A stretch of DNA of 64,000 bases from Microcoleus sp. GTDB lineage: Bacteria > Cyanobacteriota > Cyanobacteriia > Cyanobacteriales > Microcoleaceae. Made by a program: the position numbers and the translations under genes. The first letter of the stretch is position 1. The number at the start of each line of letters is the position of its first letter. Positions 62,787 through 64,000 of the stretch are shown piece after piece. Location: NCBI GenBank assembly GCA_052279835.1, contig CP181291.1, forward strand, positions 2,528,001 to 2,592,000, read 5' to 3'. The notes under the pieces are model-generated. The model worked only from the letters and a program-made list of their open reading frames with translations, did no database searches and was not told the DNA's origin.

Positions 62787-64000
62787 TTAGAACAAGAACA
62801 ACTCAGAGTTGCCCGAAGCTCCCAAATTGACATCGACAGTTGCAAACAAACTGTTGCCACCAACCGTAGAACCGTTGCTATCGTAATACAGTTTAGTAAC
62901 TGCACCATCGTAGAGAGCAATAATCGACGGGCCAGTCAAAGTTGACTCGATCCCACTTACAGTAGCAACTGTGCTGCTATAAGCGTAGAAACTCGAACCC
63001 AAAGGCCCAGAACCAGTCGTAAAGGCAGCAAAACCAGTTTTGTCGAGGTTAATTACATCATCAGCAGTGCTGTAATTGGTAATTAAATCCCCGCCACCAA
63101 CAGAAGTTCCAGTGAACACAAACACATCCAAACCAGCACCGCCGTTGAGAACATTAGTTCCCAAACCGCCGATTAAAGTGTCATTTCCAGCACCACCATT
63201 GATGGTATCGTTACCACCGCCACCGAAGAGACTGTCGTTACCATCATCCCCAGAGAGACTGTCGTTACCCAAACCACCATTGAAAATATCAGCACCAGAA
63301 CCGCCGTTCAAAATGTCAGCAAAGTCCGTACCGGTGACGTTATTAACAGCACTATTGCCTGTAAACAATACAGGGGTGGTAAAGTTGTAACCGCCTGCGC
63401 CGGAACCGAAGTTGTTAATGGCAACGGGGTAAGTATTTCCCGCAGCAGTCAAGTCAACCACACTACCAGAAGCAGAAGCAGTAGTATTACCAGCCGGAGC
63501 AGAGCCTAGGGAGCCTGTGAATACAAAGTCCGAAGTACCCAAACTCACCGCAGCAGTACCAAAGCTAGCCACCGTGGTAGAACCACCCGGTGCAGTACCG
63601 TTGGAGTCAAACACCAACACAGTCTCGTTAGCTGCATTCGTAAATACGAAGAAACCAGGAGTGGTGGAAGAGCCTAGAGCCTTAGCTTGAGCTGCTTCGA
63701 CTGTGGCATAAGTACCGCCGGTGAAAATCACCAACTCTTTGCCCGTCACATCAGGAGCGCTACCGCTAACAGCATCAAAGTTAGTTGTCGTCAAATTGCC
63801 GAAAGCACCGCTGACGAACTGCAATTTGTCAACTCCAGCAGTAAAGTCAGTAATCGTATCACCGCCTTCACCAGGAGCCTTGTAAACAAACAGATCCGCA
63901 CCAGAACCACCAGTGAGAATATCAACACCGCCACCACCTGTGATGATGTCAGCAAACGGAGTACCAATCACGGTGTTAGCACTCTCATTACCTGTAAATA
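62787..64000 (-). CDS. C-terminal part of a Gly/Thr-rich RTX Ca-binding surface protein (5' end outside the window)
   Basis: GGxGxD nonapeptides, DTITDF and LYYDSNG motifs. Confidence 0.85.
   Translation of the reverse strand, partial: FTGNESANTVIGTPFADIITGGGGVDILTGGSGADLFVYKAPGEGGDTITDFTAGVDKLQFVSGAFGNLTTTNFDAVSGSAPDVTGKELVIFTGGTYATVEAAQAKALGSSTTPGFFVFTNAANETVLVFDSNGTAPGGSTTVASFGTAAVSLGTSDFVFTGSLGSAPAGNTTASASGSVVDLTAAGNTYPVAINNFGSGAGGYNFTTPVLFTGNSAVNNVTGTDFADILNGGSGADIFNGGLGNDSLSGDDGNDSLFGGGGNDTINGGAGNDTLIGGLGTNVLNGGAGLDVFVFTGTSVGGGDLITNYSTADDVINLDKTGFAAFTTGSGPLGSSFYAYSSTVATVSGIESTLTGPSIIALYDGAVTKLYYDSNGSTVGGNSLFATVDVNLGASGNSELFLF

Overview
A 64-kb chromosomal window from a filamentous cyanobacterium. 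HIP1 (GCGATCGC) is very dense and heptamer/palindromic dispersed repeats are common; a Microcoleus/Oscillatoriales-type lineage is inferred, not proven. Core content: a phylloquinone cluster (menD, menF, menA, menH, menC, menE, DHNA-CoA thioesterase), panE, a CruG-like glycosyltransferase, aldehyde dehydrogenase, nrrA with a canonical NtcA promoter, sucCD, mgdA, ebsA, yajQ and murG. Accessory content: WD40/TPR STAND and kinase proteins, RTX-type secreted proteins, two copies of a 1666-bp IS5-family element and several MITE-like families. The main find is at 58954-60266: an unannotated array of about 150-bp units (8 complete, 1 truncated). Each unit looks like a full small-RNA transcription unit, with a TCC(G/T)GA box near -35, a GTAGATGCACCCTGA 5' end and a Rho-independent terminator. 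This closely resembles the heterocyst NsiR1/DIF1 system, but there is no hetF nearby and the host appears non-heterocystous. One IS copy splits the only perfect DIF1 promoter. Also notable: an NLR-like NB-ARC-TPR gene with a shuffled 12 x 120-bp repeat array and a cluster of TTCGGG/CCCGAA boxes in its divergent promoter.
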